Shown piece by piece: positions 1-14,229 of a stretch of 64,000 nt of DNA. The notes under the pieces were generated by a model. The model searched no databases. It saw only the letters and a program-made list of their open reading frames with translations, and was not told where the DNA came from. Position 1 is the first letter of the stretch. Each line of letters starts with the position of its first letter. A program made the translations under genes and the position numbers. Source of the DNA: Mesotaenium endlicherianum (lineage: Eukaryota); assembly GCA_009602735.1 (NCBI GenBank), contig WELA01001035.1, forward strand, positions 468,961-532,960. Direction: 5' to 3'.

Positions 1-855
1 CCCCCCCCCCCGCGATGCCCCCTGCCCTCTTTTTCCTTCCCCGTCCACTTGTCTTCCACTCCTCCCTGCTCCCTGCGTCTTTCGCCCCCCCCTGTACGCG
101 TGGATGAATACACCCGGGTAAGACATGCATGCACATGTACACATGAATGTATGGGTGTACTGTTGGGTATGCATATGTATATGGAAGTGAATAGAAGATG
201 GAATACTGCCAGGGCTAGTGTGGGTTGGACCCAGGGTCGCAATTCTCGACGGGGGCAGCGTCCAGCTGCTCGGTGGGGCAGCCATGGCTGTGGGGCTTCT
301 CCCCAACTGGCTCCTCCTCCACTTCTGACTGCATGACACCAGGAATGGGTTTGCAAGCTGGAGAGGAGGGCAGGCAATGATGCTTTGAGGGAGAGAAAGA
401 GAGGGTGCTTATAGGGAGAGACAATTCTGTCCTCCCCTGAGAGCACCTAGGATGGAAGGGAAGTGGGGGGGGCGGCAAGGGAGGGGGAGGAAGGAGGGGA
501 ATGTGCCCACCTTGGCAGGGGGCTGCGGTGGAGTGCTCTTGTTGCTTAGAGACAGGGAGAGGCTTTCCCTCACGCTACATGAGAAAAGGGGGTGCTCTGC
601 ACGTGATGCGATGGAAGGTCTTAAGGGGACTGCGCAAATGCGCTCCTTTGTTGCTAGCTCTGGCACTCCATTTGATTTCTCCCTCTCCCCCCCCCCACCA
701 TTTGCAGTGCCCTCTCTTGCTATGAAGCTGCTGCGCAAGTTGAGGCTGACACATGTGCGTGCGCGTGTGTGTGCTCGCATCCATGTGTGCGTGCGTGCGT
801 GCCTGCGTGTGGGTGGGCCCGTCTGGACCAATATTGGTGGAGGGGGTGGGGGCAG

Positions 856-3800
856 GTGCGATCGAGAGAGGGCCTCGCCTACTCCGTGTACGGCGCCTGG
901 TCGCCATCTGTCAAGCACCGGGTGCGCCGCCTGGCATCTCTGCCTCTCTCTTTGACCTTGACTTGGATGTGGACATTTCTGCATCACACTCTTGAGCCCC
1001 TCTCCCCCCCCCTCTGTCTCACGCCTCCTCACTCACTCATCTTCTGCTGAGCCTGCCAGGCTTCTGCGTTCCCCTTGTGCCCTTGTGCCCTTGTGCCATC
1101 GTCCCCTTGTCCTCTTGTCCTCTTTTCCCCTTGTCCTCCGTCCTCTTGTCCCCTCGACTTTGAGCTCTCACAGTTGCTCATGCGTCCTACGAAGGATGGC
1201 TCCTCCGGCTCGACGGCATCCCCTTGCTGCTGCTAGATGCAAGGAGCTGCAAACGTGCAAGCAATCGCAACGTGGGCAGCGCATGCGCGTCACTCACACC
1301 CCTCTTGGTGCCTCGGTTGCGCATACTTTGTACAGGATCAAATTGCAGAGTATCTCTTATCCTCTCTCTCCCCACCCCACACCCCCCGTCTTCCCCCCGC
1401 CCAAGGGAGGAGGACCCAAGGGTGGTCCTCACCCTCCCCCCCGCCCACCCTCTCCTCCCCTTCCCCCCAATCTCCCACTAATCAGCCAGTTCCAATGCAT
1501 GCATCTGCTGCTGCTGGGGTTGTGGGTACATGCACCTGTCAGTTTGACATGCATGGGAAGAAGAGCTGCTGGCGGCAACGCGCCAAGCGTGCAGATGTGA
1601 ATTGTGGATCCTCGTACTTGACACTTGGCACGCATGCACCTGCCTGCCAGTAGAGAGCATGAACCTGTGAGAGAGACCCGCAAAAGAAATGCATCTCAGA
1701 GACAGGGACATGCATGGATGCAAATTTGCTGCGAAGCGCAAGAGAGTGGAATGTGAGTGACTCGTCATTGGATCTTGACTCCTTTGTGCGTGTGCATGTG
1801 CGTGTGCATGTGCGTGCGCGTGTGTGTATGTGTATGCACGCACGCGCGCACGTGCGTGGGTGGATGTCCGTGTGTGAAAGTGTTGTCAGCCATGTACGTT
1901 TGCTCCCCAACTGACATACACGCCCTTTTGCTGGGTGCGTGCAACAAGATGCGCACACACGTGGCGCGTGCAATGCTTGAGGATGGCAGGGGGCGTTTTT
2001 GGCGGGCGGCGAGACCCGTATCGAGTCGGTGCCCCAGTTTGTGACAGCTGTGCGGCGCGTGCTCACCCAGCTCACCCTTGAGGCCCCCACGCCAGGTGTC
2101 CCCCACTCACCAACACCCCCCTCCCCCTCCTTTTTCATTCTGCCCTGCCCCATCCAGCCGCTGCTTCCCTCTCTCTATGCTCCCATCCTCTTCCTTCAAC
2201 CAACTCGCATGTTTCACTGAAACCCATCAGTAACGTTTCCGTAAGCTACTAAACTCAGGCCTTGTCAAACGCTCCCCGACCTGAAACCCCTTTCCTCCTC
2301 GGACCAGACCTGCCCCCTCCGAGAGGCCCTGAATCGAACTCAACGCAAGACCTGACATGCAGGAGCTTCAAACCCGACAGATTCTCAAGCCCCAACCCTA
2401 GCCCGAGCCTGAGCCTGAGCCTGAGCCCAAATCGCAGCTCTGTGCTGGAGGGCGTGCGGACAGATCTGAAGCAGAAGCCTGTCGGGCCTTTCCCCTGGAG
2501 GGACCTTCCTCCCTTTCTCTGTGGCCTTTCAGTCCTCTGCCTGTGCGCCCCTGCCCGTGCCCGTGCTTGTGTCTGTTTGTTGTGCCTCATCTTTCCATAG
2601 CCCTCGTTTCCGCCCCACTCTCTGCCATGCCTCGTGCCTGTGCCTGTGCCAGAGCCTGGGCAACCACCTCTGCCGCTGTTTCTGCATCCCTCTATATCCA
2701 CCTCTGCCTGTGCCTCTCTGTCTGTGCCTCCCTCTCCACCTCCGCCGGTGCCTCTGTCCCTCTGTATCTCTGCCCCTGCATGCCTGTGGCTGTGCCTCTG
2801 CTTGTGCCTGTGCCTCTTCCTCTGCCTCTGCCCCTGCCTATGCCCCTCTCTCAACATCTGCTTGTGCCTGTGCCTGTGCCCGTGTTGCTGAACCCGCCTC
2901 TCTTCTTCGCACTCGTGTCGTTGATGGCTTGTCGCTCCACACATGCCGTGGGGCAACTGCAACCCCACAGCCCAAGCAACTTGATGCGTCGTGTTGACGC
3001 TGCTTGGTTCTTTCATCCAAGCGTGTGCCCAACCCGGTGAACTGGTGTGTGAAGCTAACTTGTGTCGGGGGCCGTGCGAGAAGTGGCGTGGTGGTGTGCG
3101 TGCGCGCGTGTGCTTGCGTGCAGAGGAGCTGGCGCAAGCCAAGGACGCGGCTCTGAACACGTTCGTGTTCAACTTTGCCGACTCGTACGTTCTTCCCACG
3201 CCTCCTGCTTGTTCTATTGGAACCCTATAAGCACCTGTTTCCTTTATTCTGTATGTCTATCTGCATTTTTCCTCGTGTGCATCAAATCCCCTTCCCGTCA
3301 TAGCGTGCATGCAGCTGTTTGTGTTGGTGCGCATGTACGCGTGTGCACGTATGTCTGAAACAGAAGTTGCCTTAATGATATTGAGCATCATATAAAAAAG
3401 ATGCATAAATGAGTATATGTAACATGTATATGATAAAGAGAACCATTGCGCATGTATAGAACAATGTGTGGCGTACACACAGCTAGCTCCTTTTTGTATT
3501 CGATAAGCACTTTGGTTTGTAATGGCAATTTTTAAATGTGCGAATTGCTAGCACTGAGCATTGTGGAGCTTTGTCAAAGTATTGGAACGGCTTCTCTCAG
3601 GTAAGAGTTGTCGTCGAGCATACGCATAAATTGCACAACTATTGGGCCATAGTAGGTGGACTTAAATGCACGCGTATATCAACATAGGTAAGAACATTGA
3701 GAGAACTTTCTATAAGCAACCATGCACACACATGTTTCGATTCATTGACGTGTGTATGCATTTTACTGACACAGGGAATCAAATACATTACAAAATACAT

Positions 3801-4316
3801 CCCCCCTGTCCCCGCCCTCACATATACACATACAAACACACACGCACACAAACACACATATTATCCCATTCATTTCATTGCATGTGCAATTTACACAAAC
3901 TTATGCAGACACACAAGCATCACTAACTAGTCTGGCATTGAATACTCCTCTTTCTACTTTTTAATTTTGGGGCTCATTATTCGATGCAAACATGCATGTT
4001 CATCTGTATGTCTATGTGTGGAGGTTCCGCACGGAAGTTTTCATTGGAATCCTCAAGTTCTATTGTTGTACTTGCTACATGCAGCGGCTCCCAATTGAGT
4101 CGAATCATGACGTATGAACTCTTTGGCATTGACCAAGACTATGTGTTCAAGTACAAGAAAGCGATCGAGAATATGACGGCTGAGCAAGTGCTGCGGGCAG
4201 CTCAAACACACCTGCACCCGGACAAGCAACCAATCTTACTGGTCACCGATGTCGGGGCTGTCAGATCATCTCTTGCCTCGCTAGGCTTGCCACTAGTTGA
4301 TGTAAAAATTGACTAG
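856..4316 (+). CDS. M16 (insulinase/PqqL-like) zinc peptidase, C-terminal exons; 5' part lies upstream of the window
   Basis: Phase-consistent GT-AG exons: 856-921 (VRSREGLAYSVYGAWSPSVKHR), 1990-2095 (GAFLAGGETRIESVPQFV...), 3124-3184 (EELAQAKDAALNTFVFNFADS), 4085-4316 (GSQLSRIMTYELFG...HLHPDKQPILLV...KID*). The R-x5-Y motif (RSREGLAY) and EELxxAK are typical of the C-terminal half of M16B peptidases. Confidence 0.88.
2390..2885. repeat. Intronic degenerate hexamer microsatellites, (CTGAGC)n and (GCCTGT/GCCTCT)n
   Basis: Visible tandem hexamers inside the M16 intron 2096-3123. They explain the spurious CLCLCL/VPVPVP ORFs. Confidence 0.8.
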
Positions 4317-5772
4317 CTGCGGAAGGGCTAATCGATGCATGAAGTAAGACTTGGCTTACTTCACTTCTAGCAAGCACTATCGGCCGCGTAGTCAGTACCA
4401 CTGTAGTATGCACTGCTCGCTCGTGCGAACAAGGAACCTTGGTCTTTTGTAGATCTTGCTCAGTGACATCTTCACATATTTTGGGCTACGCGATTGAGTC
4501 CAATTGCTAGCTAAAGCATTTTAATTGCAGCCTTCTCGCGTTTCACTGTGGACGTCAATAAATTTAAAAAGTTCTTATAAGTCGCCACATTCGCAAGCTC
4601 TTTGACTTCTCATACCATTTAGTTCTTTGAGCCAATCACAATCAAACATGATGATGTTCACTTTCTAATGGAACCCTTTAGATTGTTTTGACTTGAACCT
4701 TATAAATCTCACCTGCTTTATGAATACCCGCGCTCACTGTCATATGGGTTTCATAAAACCCATGTCACGAAAGTGGATTTTCATAATAGATACCATCCCA
4801 TGCCACATGCTACACGTTTGCTCATATATCCTCCACACTTGAATAGAAACTGATATATGTTTGGAATCGCACGAATGTCAACCTCGAACTGGTAGGGGCA
4901 GATCTTTCACAACCTGTTTGATGCAAGTTACAAAGAAATCCATTTACAGCCCCGCTACTACTGCATGTCAAGTAGCTCGGGTCAAAAGTTGCTGTAACAC
5001 GTGTGTATACACCCCTCTGGACCAAAATCGTATATTACGTGACAAACAAGAATATATACTTTTGCTTTGTACATACAGCTTGCCGCCTAAGAAATTGACA
5101 TGGAAATATACGACTGTCTAACTAGTCCTTATGTACAAGAGCTATGAAACTTTGACTAGCCAGAAATCTCCATATCTAGCGACCTCAGCTGTTCATGAAT
5201 CCCAAGAAAAAATAGTTCTCAGAAGAACACCACCACCAACACCACACTACCATCAGCAAACCAGGCGCAACACCACAATGACAGTCCACCAATTACCCCA
5301 CCACCACCGTTAGCGGCAGCTTTAGCCTACTATGGCGATTGCACAGGTGCTTAATATTGTAAACCCCACACCAAACTTAAAAGATGCCCATGACTACATG
5401 CCTGCCCCTTGCATCCACTATCTAGAGTTCAGCATTGGAGGAGATTCTGCAGCACAAGCAGAGTCGCGCACTCAATCAGCCACCAGCTGTCAACGCCCCC
5501 TCCAAGAATCTGCTTCCAGCGAGCCCNNNNNNNNNNNNNNNNNNNNNNNNNNNNNNNNNNNNNNNNNNNNNNNNNNNNNNNNNNNNNNNNNNNNNNNNNN
5601 NNNNNNNNNNNNNNNNNNNNNNNNNNNNNNNNNNNNNNNNNCCCCCCCCCCCCTGTGGCAAGCCTCCCCCTTCTTTTCTTCTTTTTTCATCTCCAGGTCA
5701 CCTCCTCTATTTCCCCCCTCTCCTCACCCCCCCACGTCTTTGCCCCCTCTTTTCGCTCGAGCATACTACGCC

Positions 5773-8700
5773 TCACAGCTCGGCCAGCCATGGCTTCATG
5801 AGGTTGGCTGCGAGCTCCGGCCTGTCATCGTGCGGGCAGTGGCCGACGTCCGGCAGCGGCACGACGCGCACATTGTCCCTCTGTGTCTCCAGGCTTTTGA
5901 AGTACCGCGCCAGCTGTCCATCCAACCGCGCCGCAACACAGAGCTCCCGCCACTTGTCATCCACTTGCCACAGGCTCACGAGCGTCGAGTGCACCCGGCT
6001 TTCTGACTAAGGACCTCTCCAAGGGACCTCTCCAAAGACCTTCTGGACAAAGTGGCAGGTACATTGCAATTGGTGCCACATGGCTGCAGCACACGGCACG
6101 TGGCATAGCACATGGCACGTGCATATGGCACGGAAAACAAGAGTCACAGCAGACATATATCGCACGCACGGCTGCTCGGGCAACTACCCGGCAGCAAAGC
6201 CACGTGTCAAGATTCCTCTGCAGCAGGCCTGGGCATATTTGTGCCACGAACAGCTCAGGTATCGCCTCGCAAGTGGACGAGGTCAAAAGAAGGTCAACGC
6301 ACAAGAAAGTCAGCAGAGACACCCGGGTTCAAATACAGAGGTGACCCCACCCAACCACCCCACCCACCCACACCCACTCAGGCGGGCGAGCAGGCAAGAG
6401 ACAGGCAGGCAGGCAGGCGAAGGCATCAGGCCCTCCGCAGCCCACAAATGCCAGCCCCACATGCCATCTACTGGGCGCCAACATTTACTCTCATGCCCGT
6501 CTCTGCCCACCCACTTATAGATACCTAGTCAAGTCGTGCGCACAGCAGACCCTAAGCTATCCCTGCTCAAGACAGCAGAAAAGACACCAGCAACACCGGC
6601 AGCAGCAAGAGGGGAAGGAAAGTGATGAAGAAGCCGAATGCCCGGGGGAGGGAGGGGAGGACTGACGGGCCGAACGCACCTTGCCGTTGGGGGGGGTCCA
6701 AGGGTCCTTGTCGCCCCACAGGACCAGCATGGGCAGGCGAATCATCTCCATCAACGCCTCTGGACGCAGGCCTGCTCACATGCGCCCGCACGCGCGCACA
6801 CACGCACGCACGCACAGTGGAAAGAGTGGAAAGTGGAACAGGACTCAGGTGTGATACTGTATAATGCCATTCAAACCACGAGGGCGCACACGGAGTGAAC
6901 GGATGACATATGATTCAGATGTGATACTACGGATTCTCACATACAACGATGGGACTGTCGTATTGCCGCAGAGAAAAGCTCAGGAGCGCTTGCACAAAGA
7001 CCTCCGAGTGCGATTCCTGGCAGCCAGTCGAAGCGCGCAAGAGAGGGAGAGAGAGAGCAAGCAGGGGGGCGAGAAAGCAGCAGCTGTCTGCTGTGGATGC
7101 TCATTGGCGGCGATGACGTGGCGTGCTCACCTGGCTCGCCAAGGAACACTTTCACGAACACATCGATGGCGCCCGGGTGCTCCGAGGGCTCACACAATAT
7201 GTCCACCTGTCACGTACGAGCATGCACACGTGCACATGCAAGCCGGTAGGTAGGTAGCTGACTTTTAGAAGCCAACAATACCTCAAAATGAAGGAGGAAG
7301 GACAGGGCGATGGAAAGGGAGAAGGAGAGGGGGAGGACGAGGGGGGAGGAAGAGGAGGCCAACCTGGCACTTCAAAAACAGACAGAAAGAACCACAGGAG
7401 GGCCACCCTAGTGTAGAAGCAAGCACTCAAGAGACATAGTCTCTCCCCACGAAGAAGCACAATCAAAGCAAACGATACCTGCGCAGAAACATTTCACGAG
7501 AACAAGCCTCCCTCCCAGCTGCCTGAGAGCAGTGGGCTCAGCCTGTCTAGTTTCACAAAAGTGTGGGTTCCAACACTATCTGCAGAAGCAGGGTCCTACT
7601 AAGCTTTGAAGGCTCCTGCCAAGGTCAACCCTGTGACCAGACTACCTCCATCTGCAACTACTCCGCGTGTGACGAAGTCTACTATCATCTCCCAGTTCCG
7701 AAACCCACGGAGCACGCCCGTCAGCAGCCACCTGCCACCTGGCACCATCTTGAGGCCTAAAGCGCATGCCACAGCTCACACTAAGAACGCTTCGTCGCAT
7801 TCCGAATGAGGACAAGCCTCTGTACGTCTGTCACCCTTCAGAGGGAAAAAAAGGGGGGGGGATACGTCATGTTGTTAATAGGCAAGTGTCGCCTTGTTTA
7901 TCATTAAGGATCAAAACAGTTTCGAGGGGACATTCTTGGACAAGAAAAGGGGGGGGGGGGATGCGACACACCAGCTGGTCAGTGACGGCGGTCTTGTCGC
8001 GGTACACCTGCTGCTGCAAGATCTTCTTCACGTTCTCGCGGTTGCGGAACCTGCACACGACACGCGCGTGCGCGCACACCGGCTTACATTTCACTTGGGC
8101 ACACTCAAGCACCCACCGCGCTGTGTCCTCATGCTCCTGCCGGCGCACTAAGCCCAATGCAAAGAGAAAGCACATGCACTGCAGCAGCAGCAGCGGCAGC
8201 AAAGCAGCAGCAAGAATGGCAGCAGGGCTCCAGAGCCAGCTGCTGTCGCTGCCGCTACTGCCCCGCTGGCATTGTTGCTCCTGCTCTTGTGAGCCGTAGG
8301 CGTACCCTTTGAAGAGGTAGTTGGCAATGCGCGGGCTGCTGAGCAGGCGCTCCACCAGCACAAAGATGGGCGTCATGGCGGCCAGCAGCGCGTCGTCCTG
8401 CGCCAGCCCCTTGCGGTTCATGGCGCCCGTGCAGTTCAGGAGCACCAGGCCCCTGCACCCCCCCGCTCCACCCCTCCCCCCCCTCAGCCACAGCCACAGC
8501 CACAGCCGCAGTAGGAGTGGAAGCCAGATCAGCTCTAATCCTCTCTGTTCTCTTCGACTGTCTCTAGGATGGCAGCAGTGGATATAGCAACCCACGGAAC
8601 TCACCCCTCACCCCCACCCCTCCCCGCCCCCCGCCTTCACANNNNNNNNNNNNNNNNNNNNNNNNNNNNNNNNNNNNNNNNNNNNNNNNNNNNNNNNNNN

Positions 8701-10627
8701 NNNNNNNNNNNNNNNNNNNNNNNNNNNNNNNNNNGCCCCCCGCCTTCACACCCCCCTCCACACAGCCCTTTTCTTTGCCAATCCCCCTCCTTTCACCGAC
8801 GGCTCAGCATGAGCGCGCACACACCCGTACAGACACATCAACCCGACAACATGCAGGTGTTGGTCAGCAAGTGACAGATAGGACGGGCATTGGACGGCAT
8901 CAGCCCAAGGTGGACCTCTGCAGCGGGTGCGTGCGCGGCGTAACACTCATGTACACACTTCCAAGGCCTGCCAGCTGGCAAGCGCGCAAACGCATGGGAG
9001 GAAGGGAGGCACAGAGGGTGGGGTGCCTGCATGCAGAATTCCACAGAGAGCACAACAGAACGTGGAGGGAGAAGACGAGCGGAAAGGGATACAAAGAAGG
9101 TGGGGAACACAAAGGTCGAAGGAAGGCGGTGAGGTGGTTGAGGTGGGTGGGGTGGGTTGCGTTCGCACTTGTAGAGGTCGGATCTGGCCTGGGCAGCCTG
9201 GGCGGCTGCTGTCAGGGCTGTGAGCGACCCGATGGAGTTTCCGACGAGCACTGCCTGCTCCCCCCGTCCCTGCGCAAACTCGCCCGCAAAGTCTGACGCA
9301 CGCGCGCGCGCGCACACACACACACACATGCCAGGAGAGAGAGAGAGAGCGTCAGTCGGCCTCTTATCATGTACAATCACGGAGCTGCGTGCTCTTCACA
9401 CAGGTGGTGGCTGCCAAAACTCACAGAGGCCACACAAGCAGCAGCAGCAGCAGCAGCAGCAGCAGGCGCCGCTCAAGAAAGTTGGGGGGGAAGCAGGGGC
9501 CAGTGCATGCGCGCATGCCGAGCCAGCTGGGGGCCATAGCCAGGCAGCTGGCGGGCAGGCAGGCAGGCAGGCAGGCAGGCATGAGAAAAGCACACTAGCG
9601 AGCACATGCAGTGAAGAGCTGGCAGGTATGCAGCAGAGGAAGGGGAGGAAAAGGAGGAGGAGGAGGAGGCAGAGGAGGATGTAACAACCCGTTGCTTTCT
9701 GCAAAGCCACTGATCATTGACACTCTGTCCAAGCTGCGTGTGCCACCGGACTGCCATTCAAATGACACCGAGGCTGGCACACGTGCCTGCCGCACGTGGG
9801 GGCCAACTCCCCCGCTCGCTTGCTCGCTCATTCATGAACCATGTCACTCGCCCACTCACCCGCACAGGGCTCCACAGACTGGCCGCTCTTCTGACTGTCA
9901 GTCGACTAACAGTCAACTGACTGACTGCCAGGCTCCCAGAGCCACCACCGGCCAAAGAGAGGTGCCACCTGGCAGACAACAGAGGCTGTTCACTGAGCGA
10001 GGTGTCAGGGCCAGAAGGAAAGAAAGGGGGAGAGAGAAGGAGAGGTTGAGGAAAAGAGGAGGGCGGGAGGAAGTGAGGGAGAGCAAGAGAGGCAGGCAAG
10101 AGACTAACCGTTGACCAGCTGCGCCCAGAGGTCCGGCCCGTAGTCCACGTCAGCGGGCTTGTCTGACGCGCCAAACCCGAGGAGGTCCAGAGCGTACACG
10201 CGGTGGTCGTCCGCCAGGTGTGCGATCAGGTGGCGGAAGTGGCCCACGTTGCCACCTGGCATGCCCCGCCCCGCCATGCCCCGCCATGTCAGCCAGCCGC
10301 AGCCACGTCGGCAACCCCCTCAAGAGCAGCAGCGCCGGCTGGGCTTTGGTAAATAAAGAAAAGGCAGATTTGAGCTCCTCTAGAAGTTTCATAGGCCAAC
10401 ACAAAAGGCAACCAGTCCCAATTTCCTCCTCTCCCCCCCCCTCTTGCTGCCATGGCCCCAGACTGCTGCCCCCCCCTTTCTCAACCCTCCTCCCCCCAGT
10501 ATTGTCTGGTCCCTTAAACCCCCCTGAGCCTCTCTCCCCCCTCCCTCCGCGCCCTCATCCGTCGTCTCGACTCTCTAAAGCTGGTGCCATGCGCCCTCCA
10601 GACCTCCTGCAGTACCAGGACGAGGCC

Positions 10628-10661
<34 letters not shown>

Positions 10662-13364
10662 TCTAGCAACGGGCGACGCACACTGGGGCGTGGCGCTGGT
10701 CAACTTGTTTCCCTGTGGTCATGTTTCCACAGGAAGAGCCGGAGGTGCGAGAGAGGGAGGTGAGAGGGAGGGGTTCCTCACCGAAGCCGTGCACGAGGAT
10801 GAGCGGCGGCTTGCCGCACCCCGCCACCGCATAGTTGATGCTGTGGCCCCTGCCCGCCCGCCCGCCCGCCCAGCCCTTTCGCGTCAGAGCCAGCTAGCAG
10901 GGCACCACCGAGCCGGAGGTGGAAGCGGAGGAGGCGCAGCACTAGGGTCCACTGTCGGGCCCGAGTCTAAGTCTGAGGCCAAGGCTAAGCAAAAGCGAGG
11001 GGTCAGAGGAAGAGGAAGACGGAGTTAGAGTGAGAGAAATAGTGAGAGCAGAGTCAGAGTCGATGGGCAGCAGACACCACCCACCCGCACGCCCACGCAC
11101 ACGGGCACAGGGACACACACAGACAAAAAGATGTGCACGCACGCACGCACAGGCATGCCGACACACACTCATACACAGGCAGGCACGCACGCACGGACAG
11201 ACGCCAAGCTTGCATGCGCGCACCTCCACTGCCAGGCGTGCTGCTCGAAGGGCAGCGCCAGCAGGGACTCCTCCTCCAGCTCATGCACGCGGTCCAGCAG
11301 CTCCCGGATCTCCACCTGGCGGTCGACCTCCAGCTGCGCGGGCACAGACCCGCTGCGAAGGCCGCCCTCCTTAAGCGAGCCCATCCACACGCCCTCCACG
11401 CCCTCCAGCCCCAGCAGCTGCTGCTCCAGCCTGTTTGGGTTCCGTGCCAGGTGGAAGCGCGCGTGGTTGAACGTCAGGTGGCGACGCATGAGAAGCACGA
11501 GAGCAAGGGAGGGGGGGGGTGNNNNNNNNNNNNNNNNNNNNNNNNNNNNNNNNNNNNNNNNNNNNNNNNNNNNNNNNNNNNNNNNNNNNNNNNNNNNNNN
11601 NNNNNNNNNNNNNNNNNNNNNNNNNNNNNNNNNNNNNNNNNNNNNNNNNNNNNNNNNNNNNNNNNNNNNNNNNNNNNNNNNNNNNNNNNNNNNNNNNNNN
11701 NNNNNNNNNNNNNNNNNNNNNNNNNNNNNNNNNNNNNNNNNNNNNNNNNNNNNNNNNNNNNNNNNNNNNNNNNNNNNNNNNNNNNNNNNNNNNNNNNNNN
11801 NNNNNNNNNNNNNNNNNNNNNNNNNNNNNNNNNNNNNNNNNNNNNNNNNNNNNNNNNNNNNNNNNNNNNNNNNNNNNNNNNNNNNNNNNNNNNNNNNNNN
11901 NNNNNNNNNNNNNNNNNNNNNNNNNNNNNNNNNNNNNNNNNNNNNNNNNNNNNNNNNNNNNNNNNNNNNNNNNNNNNNNNNNNNNNNNNNNNNNNNNNNN
12001 NNNNNNNNNNNNNNNNNNNNNNNNNNNNNNNNNNNNNNNNNNNNNNNNNNNNNNNNNNNNNNNNNNNNNNNNNNNNNNNNNNNNNNNNNNNNNNNNNNNN
12101 NNNNNNNNNNNNNNNNNNNNNNNNNNNNNNNNNNNNNNNNNNNNNNNNNNNNNNNNNNNNNNNNNNNNNNNNNNNNNNNNNNNNNNNNNNNNNNNNNNNN
12201 NNNNNNNNNNNNNNNNNNNNNNNNNNNNNNNNNNNNNNNNNNNNNNNNNNNNNNNNNNNNNNNNNATCGACCGGCGGGCAGTTCAGGGGAGAACTGCCTT
12301 GCCCCCACTTTCCTTCCCCCTCCATCCCCTTCTTTCTCTTTCTTTCTCTGGCTGATCCCCTCGCATGCCTGCTGGAAAAGCAGAACCCGAGCACCCCTCG
12401 CATGCCTGCTGGAAAAGCGGAACCCGAGCACCAGCGCTTTCATGAATGCAAAAAGCAACCGTAACAGAACCCTCTGAAGGACTGCCGTGGAGATGTTATG
12501 CAAAGAAAATGTTGGAGGGAACTCAAGTTCTCACCTGGCAGCAGCCTCCAGGCTCGTGACGCCGTGCAGCCTGCAGAGAAACCAAAAAAACCATCACAAC
12601 AATGTAAGAAGGCATCCCCACTCTACACAAAGAAACAACAGAATTTGTCACAATCAGCCTTGCTGACTTAGATCCCCTAGTAGCTTCTCAAGTTGAATAC
12701 TTCAATAGTCAGCCTTTATCCTACTCTAGCCTGCAATGACGCACACTCTGCTTTATGGAACAGCAACCAGCCCTTCTGATCTGCAGGAGAGAAACAAGAG
12801 CATAGCGACGCACGTTTCATTCTAGCAAGTACTCCCTTTCCATACATTCAGCCCTGAATATCCTCTTAATAAAAGGCAGCCATCATTGAGCCGGATGTCG
12901 AGGTCACATAAAAAATAAGCGAAGCATAAAGTGTGAGCTGCCTACGTTAGAGAGACTGCGCGGGTGGGAATCCTGTCAGCCTCCTCCTTGCGCATGCCCA
13001 AGCTGTCAATGGCAGCCGAATTTGCTGCTGCAATCATCTCTGCTATGTTCATCTCCTGTCCTTCTAAGTTGCGCTCGTCGGCTTTACTTGCACCACAGCG
13101 AACGGCAAAGGCTCTCCTGTGACAAGAAGATGAGCAGTTGTGACCATGTACTCTACCGCCATGGAAAGCCAAGCCTTTCAGATTCGTGGTCAGGCCATTG
13201 CTTAAGCTTTTCAAGCCCCTACACGACCTTGCCTGCGCAAGATCATAATTCTCTCGACTGCCAAAGAAAAGTCTTTCCGACTTCGAAGTGCATCGAGTTA
13301 CTTTACTTGAACATACTCCATATAGAAGTCGGCTCGTAGCAGGCAGGCCACAAACCGCTGCCAT
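5773..13364 (-). CDS. Plastid-targeted alpha/beta-fold hydrolase (pheophytinase-like family) with an N-terminal HMA-like domain
   Basis: Eleven GT-AG exons, all phase-consistent: 13364-12946, 12570-12535, 11430-11224, 10849-10782, 10255-10109, 9292-9169, 8452-8306, 8050-7972, 7206-7131, 6771-6680, 5913-5773. Motifs: LVHGFGG, ALDLLGFGASDKP, nucleophile GNSIG, WGDKDPW, GHCPHDD. The Ser/Arg-rich N-terminus ending AVRC is transit-peptide-like. Confidence 0.9.
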
Positions 13365-14229
13365 CTCTAGAAGTCACTGAATGAGTTTTATTCCTTTAAC
13401 TAGGAACACTTCACGAGCAGATGGTGTGCAGTGAGAAGATTTTGTAAGAACAAACTACTTCAAGCTTTTGTACTCCAACTTCGAAGCAAACAGTGTGCAC
13501 TGAGGATTCTCTGAGGAAATGAGCTTTAAAAAATATGACCCACATATAAAGCTTGCTTCTGCGGTACTTGTATCTTTCTACCGAGCATGGCAAAGCGGAG
13601 GTGGGTATTAAGAAAGACACAATGCAGAGGCTCACACACTCGGCACGACAACACGCGGAAAGGTGCTGGCAAAGCTGATGAACCACGATAAACCGTCTTT
13701 CAATTGCTTTAATCGTTTGTACCTCGTCTTGTTGCGTGCGTTTCGCGCTTTACATTCTTGACGTGGTTTCTGCCAATATCGACGGATGGCACAGGAGCCG
13801 TGGCAATCCCGTATTAACGCGTTGCATGCCCTGAAAGATCGGCCACATCGACGCAATTCGTGCCCAGTTTGATGGCCTGCACTTTTGCAGACTGATGTCA
13901 GGGAAACTCATGCGAACTGATGCGAAATCAGGTCACGCGTCCGAGGGGCCCGCGGAGGGCGGAGCGTGCCAACTCCGCCAATCTTCGCAAGCACGCACCG
14001 CAAGCTGCCGCAAGCAGTTACAAAACATTCACCCGAACTTGTCAGCGTTGCATGGTCAGCAGCTGCAGGTAACAGAAGCAAGCAGAAGCAAGCAATAGGA
14101 CGGACAAGGGGTAAAAAAAGCACGGACGAGGGGAAAAAGTGGTGTCAGGCTAGGCACGTCATTTTCGACAGGTGGACTGACCATGACTAGGAAAACTTGA
14201 CGTGAGGGTGTAGCTTCGTATTCTTTAAA

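Noticed and set aside
1..11520. Dozens of 60-300 aa ORFs on both strands
   Set aside because: They are products of GC-rich, stop-poor microsatellite introns. Only the spliced exons carry recognisable motifs.
12358..12432. Two-copy ~37-bp tandem repeat in a hydrolase intron
   Set aside because: Ordinary intronic duplication beside a gap, with no functional evidence.
11131..12503. Long ORFs spanning N runs (also at 5527-5641, 8642-8733 and 58502-59342)
   Set aside because: Their length comes from assembly gaps.
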